Positions 26,408 through 40,460 of a stretch of 64,000 bases of DNA are shown here, piece after piece (position 1 is the stretch's first letter; each line of letters begins with the position of its first letter). The notes under the pieces were generated by a model. That model did not search any database and was not told the origin of the DNA. It worked only from the letters and a program-made list of their open reading frames with translations. Source of the stretch: the human T2T-CHM13v2.0 reference genome, Homo sapiens; NCBI RefSeq assembly GCF_009914755.1, contig NC_060934.1, one strand, 5' to 3'. A program made the position numbers and the translations under genes.

Positions 26408-26861
26408 CTATGTTCAAACATTCAACTTTCATCTCCTACTCATAACACTTACTTCTTACAACATTGCAAAAATTATTTTTCCAAATGAAATATTAAAATT
26501 AGTAATATTAATGGGTCAGCTCATGTAAGCTGATGATTTTTTTTTAAGTGAATGAAATTAGCAGTCTACTCTGCTCATCTTTTCAGATTGGAACAGAGCC
26601 TGGATTAAGATAGAAATGAATTCTAACCTCTTCATAAACTCTTCCAGATTCAAACACTAGACACAGACATGGCCAGAGATATGATGAGCTCTAATCTCCA
26701 CACACCTATGGCTCGAGGTTCTAGGTGGTCAATGGAGTCTCCAGGGTTCTTGTTTGCAATGGGGCTCCAGGTCCTCCAGGAAGAGTGGAGAGGAGGACTT
26801 TGGGTCCTTTGATAAAAATTGATGGATATTGAGAGCCAGGCTGTCTCATAGAAAAGTTGAG

Positions 26862-26980
26862 ATTTATTTAGTCAATCAACAAACACTTTTGAGCACTTAC
26901 TAGTGCAGGGCACTGTGCTGGAATCTCTTATAGAACAATCAGTTACATGAAGAATAAAACATCAACCCTGACCTGTGAAG
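26862..26980 (-). mobile_element. L2 3' end fragment
   Basis: ttatttagtcaatcaacaaacacttttgagcacttactagtgcagggcactgtgctgg. Confidence 0.65.
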
Positions 26981-27319
26981 GGTGGAGACTGGTGAGAAAG
27001 AGGATGCTGAGGGAGATGGTGGGGGGAGAAATGAACTCCAAAAAATAATTATGACGAATGCTCAATTCCATGGAGAAAATAAAAAGCGTGTTCGTGCAGA
27101 GAATCCCAAAGGGAGGTGCTGTGTACAGACAAGGAATGTGCCTTGAAGCAAGGCCTGGAGGAAGGGCTGGGTCCTGCCCTGAACGCAGTCAGAGAGGTGC
27201 CAGGCAGGCCGCCACTGGCCATCATCTCAGGCCTGGGGCAGCCACCCATGTAAGTCGATCCCTAGAGGGATGGCAGAACTTGACGACAACTCTCTGCCCT
27301 ATCTCTTAGCAGATTACGA

Positions 27320-27465
27320 TCACCATGAACATTCTTGAGGACAACCCCAGTTCTAAGCTCTTCCTATGCATGATACAGTTAAGGAAACGGAGAGGTGAGG
27401 TAACCCACCTCAGGTCACATAGTGGTGGATCCAGAGCCCACACTCTTATCCACTCTGCCACTTCA
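27320..27465 (-). mobile_element. MIR fragment
   Basis: tacagttaaggaaacggagaggtgaggtaacccacctcaggtcacatag...tccagagcccacactcttatccactctgc. Confidence 0.6.
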
Positions 27466-28778
27466 CTAGTAGAGAGGTGTGGTTCGCTCTGAGGAAAGGA
27501 AAAGCTCATAGGAGATCTCGAAACTTGGGGACAGGAGGAAGGAGTTCCAGCCAGTTCCTGGAAAGCTGTTAGAGCTGCCGCCCCAGTGTGGCTGCAGACA
27601 AAGATTCTCACTGAACCAGGGCTCTTGATATTTCTCCAAGGCTGGAAACACAAAGGCTGAACCTCCGCCAGGGACGCTGAAGGGAGAATTGGAAAAATGA
27701 AGGGACAAAAGAGGAGGATCCTCTCCCACCTCTTAGAAACATGATCATTAATGTATTGCTCAGCCAGGTGTATTTTTCAAATGCCTCCTGTCCAGCCCAA
27801 TTCCACGTCTTGGTAGCACCCGGCAAGTCCCTGACTTAGCCAGTCAGACAGGGCTGCACCAGGGATGCTCCCAGGAGTCACCTGACCCTTCCTTTTCCAG
27901 GTCCTCACCCTTCTGCTATTTCGGTTTGGCATCTGAATTCTGAATAAGTTCTTACTCCTGTCCTTGAGTCTTCACACGGAAATTTCAGTTTTCAGGTTGA
28001 CTTCTGTCTCTCCCACAAGGTGTGATCTTAGACTGTTCTAGCAGGTCTGCCCTGTTTGCAACAGTCTCTGGTGTACACTTCCTGCCCTGGTCAATCCTTC
28101 AAAACCCAAACTGTGACTCTAGCTGCTGGTCAGCACCAGTCTATTCCCCCTGAATTCTCCTGGGTGTCAGGCTCTCTGTCCCACTCCAGATTCATGGAGA
28201 CCATACAGGAAGCCTCTCTTGACTCTGACCTCCCAGGACTTATAGTCAAGTCATAGCAACTAGACCGACTCAAGGACAGTAACAGCGATTGCCAGAATCC
28301 CAGCTGCTCCCAAACAGAATTAGACACTTAAAAATCCACTTAAACTTTATAAGAAGAGTCTAAACACTGGACAATGTTACATGGTGGAGATGGGCAAAAC
28401 ACATCGGGGTGAGTGTATCGCAACCTTATCTTTCCTTTTAACCAAAATGTCCAGACACAACTTGTGTTTCCATAAGCACCCACATGGTTGGTGGCTATCT
28501 GAATATTTTAAGGCTAGGCACAAATGTTAGGCAGTGCAAAGAAAGGGAGAAAGGATGAAGAAAAACATCCAAGGGCAGATAATAAAGCCAGTTTACACTT
28601 TCAGATGGCATTTCTTAAGTTCAGTTCGTTTTAAAGTTTTTTTCCTTTTCTTATGTATAACTAGACTTCCATGAGATGGTCAAGGTGGTTAACTGCAAGC
28701 ATCTCTGAATTTAGGTAAAGCGTTAAGCCTTTTTTCTCAAGAGTCCACCCCTGTCTTCAAAAATACAAAATGGTGAGT

Positions 28779-29080
28779 GGCCGGGAGTGGCAGCTCACAT
28801 CTGTAATCCCAGAACTTTGGGACGCTAAGGAAGGAGGATCGCTTGAGTCCAGGAGTTCAAGACTAACCTGGGCAATACAGCAAGACCCCATCTCTACAAA
28901 AAACACAAAAATTAGCGAGGAGTAGTGATGCATGCCTGCAGTCTCAGCTACTCAGGAGGCTGAGGTGGGAGGATCACTTGAGTCTGGAGGTGGAGGCTTC
29001 AGTGAGCTATGAATGTGCCACTGCTCTCCAGTCTGGACAACAAGGAAAGACCTTGTCTCAAAAAACAAAAACAAACAAAA
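28779..29080 (+). mobile_element. AluJ
   Basis: Dimer, ggaggatcgcttgagtccaggagttc (J-type), A/C-rich tail. Confidence 0.94.
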
Positions 29081-29871
29081 TGACAGAATGAATCAGGAGA
29101 CCTGTCTCTGGTCCTGGCCCTGTTGATGCTTGGCATTCGTCAAATCACATGACCTCTGGGGGATAGTTTTTTCCCACCGGAAGACAGTATTTTATATTAG
29201 TCAACTTGCAAGGTCCCTTTTCGTTCTAAAATTCCTGCCTCACTGTCATGCCTGCCAGATGCTGCCTGTGACACTGGCCATGAAAGGGCACTGGGTTGCT
29301 CATGAGAGCTGTGGAGGAAGAGTTGGAAAGAAGCTACGTGTGACCAGCTTCATGAACTGGTACAGCTTTGACTCAACTTGGCAACTTCCTCTGTGTGGCC
29401 TCCCAAGAAGGGCCACAAGAGCCACTTGGCACAAACCTCACCACACGTCTTTTGCTTTACTCCTGCCTCTCAGGGAACCTATTCAGTGGGAAATCTCCCT
29501 TGAGAATCTCTTAATGAAAAGGCCCCAGTCATGTGGCCTTTTGGCTCAGGAACTCCGTGTCCCCATTTTAAGGTACAATTTGCCACTTTGGCCCTCTGCC
29601 TCTGGCTTCCGTTCCTGCCCAGGGAAGCCCAAAGTTGGGTAAAATTGTGTGAGAAGAGATAGCCCCTACATGGGGCCCCACAGCCAGAAGGAAACAGATG
29701 AGAGGATCCTCGCATCTCCAGAGCCAGCCAGGGCCTCACTGTCCTGTTGGTTTGTTTGCTTCTCTATGGTGTGAAGCCTGACCTTCCCATCTTCCTGCTC
29801 TGTTCTTTATGCCCCACACTACTCACATTTGTGGCAATGTTGCAGGCATGGTCTAAACTTCGGGCTGGGAT

Positions 29872-30184
<313 letters not shown>

Positions 30185-30291
30185 CAGGCTGGGATCTGAA
30201 TGTTGACCACATGAGATTCTCAGAAGAAGCCCTCACAGTAACAGGAACAAAGGTTCAAATCTGAATCTGAGCCCCAGAAAGGATGAAAGAG

Positions 30292-30651
30292 GCTCTGGTC
30301 TGAGTAATTATGTCCCCTCAAATTTACATGTGGAAATCCTCACCTGCAAGGTGATGGTATTAGGAAGGGGGGCGGTTAGGAGGTGATTAGGTTATGAGGG
30401 TAGAACTATTATGAATGGGATTAGTGTGCTTGTAAAGGGGACCCCAGAGAGCTGCCTCACCCCTTCCATCCTGTAAGAATGAGGAGAGAAGGTGCCACCT
30501 ATGAGCCAAAAAGGAGATTCCAAATCTGCCAGTACCTTGATCTTGGACTTCCCAGCCTCGAGAACTGTGAGCCATAGTTGCTTGTTGTTAAACCACCCAG
30601 TTTATGGTATTAGCACTTACTTTGTTATAGCAGCCCGAACAAACCAAGACA
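30292..30651 (+). mobile_element. MaLR solo LTR (MLT1A-like)
   Basis: tgtcccctcaaatttacatgtggaaatcctcacc...gatcttggacttcccagcctcgagaactgtgag...cagcccgaacaaaccaagaca. Confidence 0.88.
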
Positions 30652-32204
30652 GAGAAGTGAGGGTTCGAGACTGAACATAAGCACCTCAGTGAACCTTGAG
30701 GCAACGCCTCCCCACAGTTACTTTCCCCTCCCTCATCTTCCTTACAGCCTCTCCACTCCTCACACCGAGTTGCCTACTGAAGACACTCTGCTGATTCTTA
30801 AGTTCTTTGCCTACTGGGGAAGGGAGGCCCACTCAGCAGGGCCCAGAGAGAGGGGAGCTCCGGCATTCTCTGACTTCTCAAGGTCATGTCCTCCCAATGG
30901 CCTGAGCTCCCTTTAATGCACACTACAGTTGGTTGTAAATATGCCTGTTGAAATTCAGCATGAGGGAGTGGGCCATGCCTTGCCATGTTTTGAATGGTTG
31001 AATGGTGCTCAGTTCCCCCAGTGCCTTCTTCCCAACTGACATCTGGCCTGAGCTGCCCACCAAGCTCGCAACACAAGCTCTATCACTTTTCCCGACATTC
31101 TGGACCGCTTTGGCAGGTTGGGGCTCTACATTTCTAATCTGTTGGGAGGCTTTCTGGGTTTGAAACCGGGGGCTTCCCTGGAGAGAGCTCTACCGTGTTG
31201 GTTCTCAGGTCACTCAGTAACTGAGTCCAAGGAACAGCCTGTCCTTGAAACTGCATTTGCAAAGATATAACAGCTGAGGGCATAACTGATTTCTAAATTT
31301 CCTTTTTCCACCCTACCCTTGTTCTCCTAACTTACAAATAGTTTCCAAAATCAAGATTATACTTCTTCACCACACTACTGTCTCCAAGTTCCCAGAGGCT
31401 CAGGCTCCGGCTGTGGCTTGAAATGCCATCAGTGATTTATTTCTTGTTAGTATTTTGAAAACACTTATCAAAGGTCACCATAATTTAGCATGAAAATTCA
31501 ACAATTCTCCCACATCCCCAGAAGTCTTCCTTTCAGCGACTCCTCCAAGCAGCTTTGAAACATTTGTTCTTACAACCCTTTGTTGAAATAAATAAATAGG
31601 GCCAGACTGCACTTTCTTAACAGCAACAAAAGCCCAAAGAAGCGGCACGTGTTAGGTGGTTCTACGGGTAAGATGGGGAAAAGAATCTCGCTTGCCTGAG
31701 CCCAGAATTTGAATGGGGATCATGCGTTTTCCAGCTGACCACGAGAAAGAGGCTGTGCACACTTTACATCTCCCAAGCTCTGTGTCTGGCCTAATGAAGC
31801 CATCGATTTCTTCCTGTCTGACAAATGTTACAAGGAGACCAGCAGCTAGGAGAATGAGAGAGCAATCTTTTTATTTTCTGCTTTTTTGCTTTTAATTTTG
31901 TGTACTCAGGAAGAAATGTATGGATTTCTTTCTTCTAGCTAATCACAGCGGCACGGTTGTAACTGCCTCCCTTTCCCTTTAGTGCTTTGTTTTCCTTGGT
32001 TCATCACCTGGGTAAGGTATGGACACTGCTTTTCTCTAATGCATCTAACAGTGTTGGGGCCGTTTCAGGGAATGTTGAGCACCTGTGTTGGAGTCCATTG
32101 CAGTGAACCTGATGGCCTTGATTCATGGGTATTTAGAAAGTGAGAGGTGGATTCACCTGAAACTTATTATCAAAGTAAACTATGCCCCTGAGGAGGAAGC
32201 GGGA

Positions 32205-32520
32205 TTTTTTTTTTTTTTTTTTTTTTTTGAGACAGAGTCTTGCTCTGTCACCCAGGCTGGAGTAGAGTGGCGCCATCCTGGCTCACTGCAACCTCCGCCT
32301 CCCAGGTTCATGCAGTTCTTGTGCCTGCCTCCCCAGTAGCTGGGATTACAGGTGCCCACCACCATATTTGGCAAATTTATTTTTTATTTTTTGTATTTTT
32401 AGTAGAGATGGGGTTTCACCAGGTTGGCCAGGCTGGTCTCAAACTTCTGACCGCAAGTGATCCACCCACCTCGACCTCCCAAAGTGCTACAATTACAGGC
32501 ATAAGCCACCGTGCCCAGCT
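32205..32520 (-). mobile_element. Alu (AluS-type)
   Basis: Poly-T plus antisense dimer; TSD ggaagcgggattt / ggaagtaagacttt. Confidence 0.95.
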
Positions 32521-32719
32521 GGAAGTAAGACTTTTTTCAACTTTCATAAAACTTAGGCAGAGTCTATATTTACTACTACAATTTTCTCTCTTTATACTTC
32601 TTCCAAGAAAGACAGTTACTCCTTTAATCAGATCAAATTACCTTAATTGTGATTTGGAATCACAGAACCAGGAGTTTGAAGTGTTCTGAACATTAAGGGA
32701 AAGTTGGAACCTGGAGAGA

Positions 32720-33050
32720 TGTTGACAATAACAACGTGTCCTAACTCTATGTGGAGTCAATGTGCATGATCTCATTTAAGTCTTACCACTCTATGAGAAA
32801 GGGCCCATCATTCACTGCATCTCAAAGAGACGGAAGTCCAAAGCAAGTTACTTATTCAAAATGACAAGTCTTCTGGGTCTCTCTAACTCAAGCCTATGGT
32901 CATAACCACTCCACATTATTGCTGTCTTCGCAGGTCCCACGTTTTACAAATGAGTAAACTGAGGTCAGAAAGGTGGGATTGTTCAACAGTTAGAATGAGC
33001 AGACTCACCCAGGACTCCTGACTTCAATTTCTTATCCTTCCACTTTGCCA
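32720..33050 (-). mobile_element. MIR fragments
   Basis: tgcatgatctcatttaagtcttaccactctatgag; ttttacaaatgagtaaactgaggtcagaaagg. Confidence 0.55.
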
Positions 33051-33337
33051 TGTTACAGGACGTGATGACTGATGAAGACTTGGGGTAAGGAGCAACTCTT
33101 TACCTACCTTGAGTGGAATGTGACTCACCCAGGACAGAACTGACCATTTATTTTTTAGGGACGATGCTGGCCAAGGCAGGACAGTGCGATGTGGTGGTGG
33201 AGCAAAGCGGATGGGGGCAGAGTGGGAGCAGCCCCTCGCCCTGGAACCTTTGCTTGGTGGAAAAGCATCTTGGTGATCCCCTTCCTGCATGTTGGTCTTA
33301 TTCCACTCTGACCCTGGCCATCAACATCAGAAAATAC

Positions 33338-33456
33338 TTTTTTTTTTTTTAAATTTAGGGTCTCACTATGTTACCCAGACTGGCCTAAAACTCTTGAGCT
33401 CAAGAGATCCTCCTGCTTCAGCCCCCTGATTAGCTGGGACTATAGGTGCCTCTGGC
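33338..33456 (-). mobile_element. Alu monomer (FLAM/AluJ fragment)
   Basis: tttt...gggtctcactatgttacccagactggcctaaaactcttgagctcaagagatcctcctgc. Confidence 0.8.
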
Positions 33457-33994
33457 TCACACTGTAAAATTCTTTATCTCTTAGACCTACCAGGGGCAAA
33501 TCACCATGTAAGTGATTCATGTGTAGAAACAACATAATTTACCTCCATACAAGTCAATTTTTAAAAATTAAATACAATCATCATTCTCAAACAGATTCCA
33601 ATGACAAATAGCTCTAGTTTTAGCTATAAAAGGGACTGGATTTTGTCCTTCTGTCTTGCCAGACTTGGCTCTCAGAGAGGTATTTGAAAACACCTTGGTC
33701 TTTGTATGGAGATTCTAAAAGTCCCTAGGTATGTGGATTTCTAAAAAGCTTGCAGGAAACTCTTGTGCTTCCTTTAAGAACCTGAGTGAAAAGTGTGAAG
33801 TTTTGGGCTCCCTCTGATAACCAAGTCCAATCTTCTCTATTGATATTGTTGTTGTTATAGGCTCAATGGTGTTCTCTCAATATCTATACATTGAAGCCCC
33901 AGCCCCTGTACTCACAATGTGGCTGTATTTAAAATAGGGCCTTTAAAAGATGAAATTAAAATGGGTCATATAGATGAGCCCTGATCCAATCTGA

Positions 33995-34313
<319 letters not shown>

Positions 34314-34398
34314 TGGTTTTGCTTTAAGAAGAAGAAATTAGGGCACAGACTGGTACAGCAGGAAGACTACATAAAGACACAGGGAAGACAGCCATCAA

Positions 34399-34432
34399 TT
34401 GGGTTGGTGCAAAAGTAATTGCTGTTTATGCC
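34399..34432. mobile_element. MADE1 (Hsmar1 MITE) single terminal inverted repeat
   Basis: ttgggttggtgcaaaagtaattgctgtttatgcc matches the MADE1 end ttaggttggtgcaaaagtaattgcggtttttgcc. Confidence 0.85.
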
Positions 34433-34588
34433 GCAAGGCAAGGATCAAGGCCTTGGAAGAAACCAACCCTGCTGATAACATTGATCTCAGACTTGCAGCC
34501 ACCAGGACTGTGAGAACATGAATTCCTATTGTTTAAGCCTGCCAGTCTGTGGTACTTTATTATGGCAGCCCTAGCAAACTAACACAAC

Positions 34589-34765
34589 TGTGGTAAAAGA
34601 TACACATCATAAAATTGACCATTGTAACCATTTTTAAGTGTACAGTTCAGTGGCATTAAGTACCTCCACACTGTTGTACAACCATTGCCACCATCCAACT
34701 CCAGAACCTTTTACTCTCTCCCAGCTGAAACTCCATACCCATTAAACATTACCTCCCCATTTTAA
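34589..34765 (-). mobile_element. L1MB-like 3' end fragment
   Basis: ataaaattgaccattgtaaccatttttaagtgtacagttcagtggcattaagtac. Confidence 0.8.
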
Positions 34766-34918
34766 CTTAGTCATAAACCATATGCAGTGCAACTGTCTGC
34801 CTTCTGAGCCAAAACCACCTTTTCCCACTTGCTTCCAATGTAGGTGGGGTAAACTCAAACAGGGATGTGTAGTAACAAGTTGGTCTATACATTAGAGGGA
34901 CCATGTGTGAAAAATATC

Positions 34919-35283
34919 TGAATTTCTCCATTTTTACATTGCTGATAAAGACATACCCAGAGATTGGGTGATTTATAAAGAAAAAGAGATTTAATGGACT
35001 CACAGTTACACGTGGCGGGGGAGGCCTCACAATCATGGTGGAAGGTAAAAAGCACGTCTTACATGGCAGCAGGCAAGAGAAAGAATGAGAACCAAGCAAA
35101 AGGGGTTTTTCGTTATAAAACCATCAGATCTAATGAGACTTATTCACTACCATGAGAACAGTATGGGGGAAACTGCAGCCATAATTCAATTATCTCCCAC
35201 TGGGTCCCTCCCACAATGTGTGGGAATTAGGGGAGCTAAAATTCAAGATGAAATTTGGGTGGAGACACAGCCAAAGCATATCA
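34919..35283 (-). mobile_element. THE1 (THE1B/C-like) solo LTR
   Basis: ttgctgataaagacataccc...gaggcctcacaatcatggtggaagg...gacacagccaaagcatatca; 5-bp TSD atatc (34914-34918 / 35284-35288). Confidence 0.93.
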
Positions 35284-36839
35284 ATATCCATTAGGGACCA
35301 GCAAGTGACCCTCCTAAAGGTACTGGGGCTTGATTTAGGCTCTGATCTAGACCAAGAAGTTTCACAGTTTACTAAGTCAACTCTCCTGCTTGCAGACAAG
35401 ATAAACTAGCAATTGTGATTCATCTATCCTTCCAGAAGGCTTAATAGTCTCCAGGCAAGTGCTCTAATAAAATGAGTAATCGCCTTGCGTTAGCCGTGAG
35501 GAAGCAACAACAGCTCAGCAGCTTAAATAAAGGTAGGAGGGATGGGGAAACTAATAAATTCTAATACAGCCCTGTCACAAGCTCCCAAGGAGATTCTTTT
35601 CAGTTACCCTCACTGCTAACGGGAGCCAACCACACTCTGAAAAAGTGTGGGGGACCTTCCAGGATTTAAAGCAAAATAAACTATGTAAGGAAACTGAGAA
35701 ATCAATGGAGCTTAGACTCCAGGTCATAGCAGACACAGGTTTAATGAGAACACATCTACAAAGGGACCTGCACAAGTTTGTTCACCATTTGATTGATCAT
35801 TTAGCTGTGGTGAAAATTTAAAATTAGGGTTCTTCAAGCAAAAATTTATGTAAACAACCTTCTTCCTTCTGCCTACTGCTCTGAGGGACACCTTATTACA
35901 TAGACTGATATGTTCTCCATAGATTGTTGAGTCAGGAGACACCACTTAAGCCTTAGCTACAACCAGAAAAAGTGGTTTCCTAGGATTTGCCATATTATTA
36001 AAGTGCATCGCTCCAGAAAGCATTGTGAAAGCTAAAGTCCAAATAACATTGCCACTGGACATTTAAGAGCTATGTCTTCAAGGGAGGTCAGTGTCTCTTA
36101 TGAGTTCCAGGCATCAGCCTGAAGCTTAAACTCACAAATTTGAAGGGATTATCAAACAACAGTGTCAACAGAAAACAGCACTTGCTAAATGTCATTCACA
36201 AGCTTCTCCTTCAACCGTAATTCTCAGCTAAATCGCCCAACCTCAGATTTGGATTCCTTGTAGAAGCTAACTTTAGTAAGATTTCCAGGGTTAAAATGGT
36301 TTTGAATTGGAATGACTTCTGCCAGTTTTGTGGTTGTTAAGTAGCAGCGTTCAACTTGGCAATAGTTGAAAAGCTGATCACTGAAAAGACAGCAAAATGT
36401 AAAAGAAACTACATAACAGACCTAATTATAAGCTTATTTTATTATTTTACCCTCTATATCCCTATATTCATGGTAAAGATGAAAAAGACCAAGGAAAACA
36501 ATCCAGACAAAACAGACTATGAAAAAGATAAAACCCAGATAAAAGAGACTATGAAAAATAAATCCAAGAAGGGGAAATCTGTGGATTGGCTCTGTTTATT
36601 GGTATTCACAATTCTGGAGTATTTATTTTCTCCTGTGTTCAGACCCATTTACTCATCACCTCATAATTACAAGGATTCCTTTGATAATGTGTAATGTTGG
36701 CCTTCACTTGTTTGTTTATAATATGTGTCATTTCAACAACTTTGTTATTTTGCAAGTTTGCCTGTAGGTCATTGAATCTGAGCTCTGGTTTTAAAATACC
36801 CAATCGTGGGCAAGTTTCTCCACCTCTCTGAGAATAATA

Positions 36840-37225
36840 ATAATTAAAAATATCTATCCTTCATTCAGATTTATAACGGAGCCAGGCCTGGGCCAAGGGT
36901 CAAACATAGATCATCTCAATTGATCATTTGACAAGCCTTTGAGGAGTGTGCCAATATTACTGTCAATTTGCTAATGAGGAAATCGATACTTGAAGAGGTA
37001 AGTAACTTGCTCACGGTCAAACAAATAGTTGGTAAGTAAAGAGTTGGTGTCTCCACCCAAGCAGTCCAACTATCCTATTTTACTTCTCAGTTATCTCAAC
37101 TATGAAATATGGGTAAAAATACTTAATGTATTGGGCTGTAAAATTTAAATGATTACTTATGTAATCAGTTCCGCAGAGGCTGGTAAATAGCAGGAACTCA
37201 AGAAATATTAGATTGCTAATACTGT
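36840..37225. mobile_element. Adjacent MIR fragments in opposite orientations
   Basis: atgaggaaatcgatacttgaagaggtaagtaacttgctcacggtca (antisense), then ctcagttatctcaactatgaaatatggg...aggaactcaagaaatattag (sense). Confidence 0.55.
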
Positions 37226-37387
37226 TCACCCTCCTACAGTGGCCAAAATTGTCACAATACCCATAATCATCAAATAAACTCTACCAACATGTACTTAATG
37301 GAAGTATGCCAAATCACACTTCTAGATAGTGATGGTGGTAACTGAAATTTATACCAACAAAACCCAATTTAAACTATTGTTGCAGGA

Positions 37388-37786
<399 letters not shown>

Positions 37787-38569
37787 CTACTTATGCTATA
37801 TGCTTCTATGGTTGTAATATAGCTCCAGTCCTCATTCGTGTCTTCCCTTCCTGGAAAACTCCTATTCATCCTTCAAGGTCCCACTCAAATGCTTCTTCCT
37901 CTGGGAAGTCTTCTCTTATACCCGCAGGAGGAGGAAGCTGCCCTTTCCTCTGTCCTACTACAAAATTGCAGGGAACCACATCCTAGGATATATTTGATAC
38001 CCAGGTCCAACACAGAGCCTGATACGAAGAAAGTATACAGCCTTTGCTTATTTAATGAAGGAACACTTTCAACGTGCTGATTTTGAATTTGCAATAATCT
38101 AAATATCTAAGATTGTATGGAGTAGGGTTTAATGTGTAAGTATTGCAAAGTCCTTCAACACTCATTAGACTTTTCATATTAGAGTAAGTGACACCGCTTC
38201 CCAGCGTGATAAGAGTGAGGGTCAGACAAGCAAAGCAGGGCTGCTCCAACCCACCTTTCCTAGTTTCTATATTCACATTCTTGGGTCTGAGCCCAATTAT
38301 TGTTTTCACAAAGCCCTGTCTAGGATTCCTAGTTGAGCTGGGGCTACAGGTATCAGCTTGTATTTCATAGGCAAGAGAAAAGATGCAGGTGAAAAACACG
38401 AGCTTGAAAAGCAAAGTTCAACTGGGGCACCACTGGAGGCATTGGGGTAGGCTCTCTCTTCAACCTAAATGGAGTTTTACAAGATTTCACTAGCAAAACA
38501 GCTCCTGCCCATGGAGGCATGTGGAAAGCAAAATCCTAATATCCCTTGTTGCTCCCAACACTGCAGCTT

Positions 38570-38760
38570 CAGAGTGACACTGGTCTGTTCCCTGGTTCTA
38601 CCACATGCTGTGAGACTATAAGTGATTGAGTCAACTCATCTGACCATCTGTAAAATGGGTATAATAATACCTCTCAAAGTTATGAGGTTTATATGAAATA
38701 CCAGGTGTTAAGTACTTATTGTAGGGCTGAAGACTGAATATGGTCAATAAATATTAACTC
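38570..38760 (+). mobile_element. MIR fragment
   Basis: catctgtaaaatgggtataataatacctctcaaagttatgagg...tcaataaatatta. Confidence 0.65.
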
Positions 38761-40299
38761 CCTTGTTGACTTCCTTCCCCTTTCACTTTTTCCACTGAAG
38801 TAATTTAACTCATGATCCGACGTCAGGGATCACTGCCAGCTGACTGGCAATCAATATATCACGTTCTCAATTTGTCTCAACGTCCAGTAAACTAATCAAA
38901 TGGTAATGATGATGTTTTGGGCTGAACAGGTAGAGTTGGGAAACACTCTTCTGCTACCCATTTAGTCAAAAACGCAAGATGGCGGATCCAAAAAAATGCA
39001 AAATGGTGGATCCATGAAAGAACTTCTGAGTTCCCAAGATATCACAGCAGTGCAACATGTGGATCATTAGAATTCTTCTCATGTATCATGGTGCTAATTT
39101 AAGATCAGAAATTGCCCTTACTTATTCTGATTTCCAAAGTGTTGACATTCTCTCATCTAAGCTCCTGTTCTTCTTGGACTCCGTAAATGGATTTGTGTTT
39201 GGCTGGCTGAGAAAAGGAATTGCAAATGCTTGGTAGAACTTTCTTCTCTCATCCTCTCAACACTGAGAAACTCAAAAGAGAAAGAAAGGATATGGTAGCT
39301 TTTGATTCTATTCTTGCTCAACTATTTCTTAGACTGTCTCTTGAATGGAAGCATGGGAAGGACGAGACGCTCCCGTGTCCCTCAGCAATATTGCCAAACC
39401 TCCTGGCTGAGTGAACTTCTGCAACTTGACCTCTTGCCTTTCCAAGTTTTTGCTCAAATTGCATTTTTTATATTCATGCTGCTCTTTCTTAAGTAGTGGC
39501 TTGAGAAACAATGTGCCAGGAAAATCAAAATTTTTATGATAGAAAAAGAGCTACAAGAAGAGAAACAAAACCATCTCCCACTTCTCAGTTAATCTCAGTA
39601 TCTAATAACACCCTGGAAGTCAAACAGCTGTTTTTTCCAGCAAGATGCAAGAGTCCTGGTGTACACCTGTCTCCAATGCCAGAAGTCACTTTCACTATTG
39701 CAGACATGCCCTTTGGAGGCCGTAATCTTTCCCCAGCATGAGGAGTATGAAAACCCTGCATGTGCTCTGTGTAAAGCAAGCCTAAACAAATCCACCCTTC
39801 AAAAAATCCATTTGGTTTGAAGGCAGGGATGACACCAAGGGAGGGGATGGAGGGAGACAGAGTCCATACTGGGAAGCTTCCTGGATGGGACAAACTTATC
39901 AAACATTAGGAATCTCGTTGCCCCTGCTGCTGAGGCCACCAAAAGAAGTGAAATGGCAATGGTCACATGGCCTCCTGTTAAATGATTGGAACAACACATT
40001 TGCATTCTCACATAGACTATATTTCGCATCACTCTTGGCGTTCTGCACTGTTAAGGTCAATCTCTAATAAAATTGCAAAGCAGGCAAAGTCTATCTTCTG
40101 ACTTCACCCACCAGTGTCCCAATATTTCTTCTTGCTGCCATCTTGCTCTTTGACAGGCCCCCCGCTCCGTGATGCATTCATGCTCTCAGGTGGTCATCAG
40201 GCATGGACCTGCTGAGGTGTAGACTGGCCGTTGTGCTCTTCCTCTTCCGTGTTTCTATAGAAATTCTATGTGTGTACAATTGCATAAAGAAACTGATCC

Positions 40300-40460
40300 C
40301 ATTGCTGAGATTACAGCTTTCTTACATGTTCTGCACTAGCCTGCAAGTTCCCTAAGGGAAGAGGCTCTGTTTCCTTCCTTTTTGTATCCTCTCATGTTAG
40401 CATTGAGTTTTACAGTTAGTAGTTACAGAATGCATTTTTTAAAAAATGAATTGAATGAAG
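40300..40460 (+). mobile_element. L2 3' end
   Basis: cactagcctgcaagttccctaagggaagaggctctg...tttgtatcctctcatgttagca...aatgaattgaatgaa. Confidence 0.6.

Noticed and set aside
27886-28025. Possible plus-strand exon (ccttccttttccAG at 27900; AAG|GTgtga at 28019)
   Set aside because: The donor is weak and such motif pairs are frequent; no independent support in the sequence
29130-29642. Longest ORF (170 aa)
   Set aside because: Starts at TTG, no recognisable domain or exon structure; expected by chance in 64 kb
32240-32689. 149-aa ORF and similar ORFs at 2270, 3013, 3089, 10091, 25943, 37517, 45599
   Set aside because: Translations of Alu sequence (e.g. [23 protein letters not shown]), a classic artefact
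34399-34432. miR-548-family gene
   Set aside because: Only one MADE1 arm is present, so no hairpin can form
36356-36694. 112-aa ORF with two hydrophobic stretches around a charged segment
   Set aside because: TTG start; the charged part comes from an A-rich tandem duplication and the hydrophobic parts from T-rich DNA; no homology recognised
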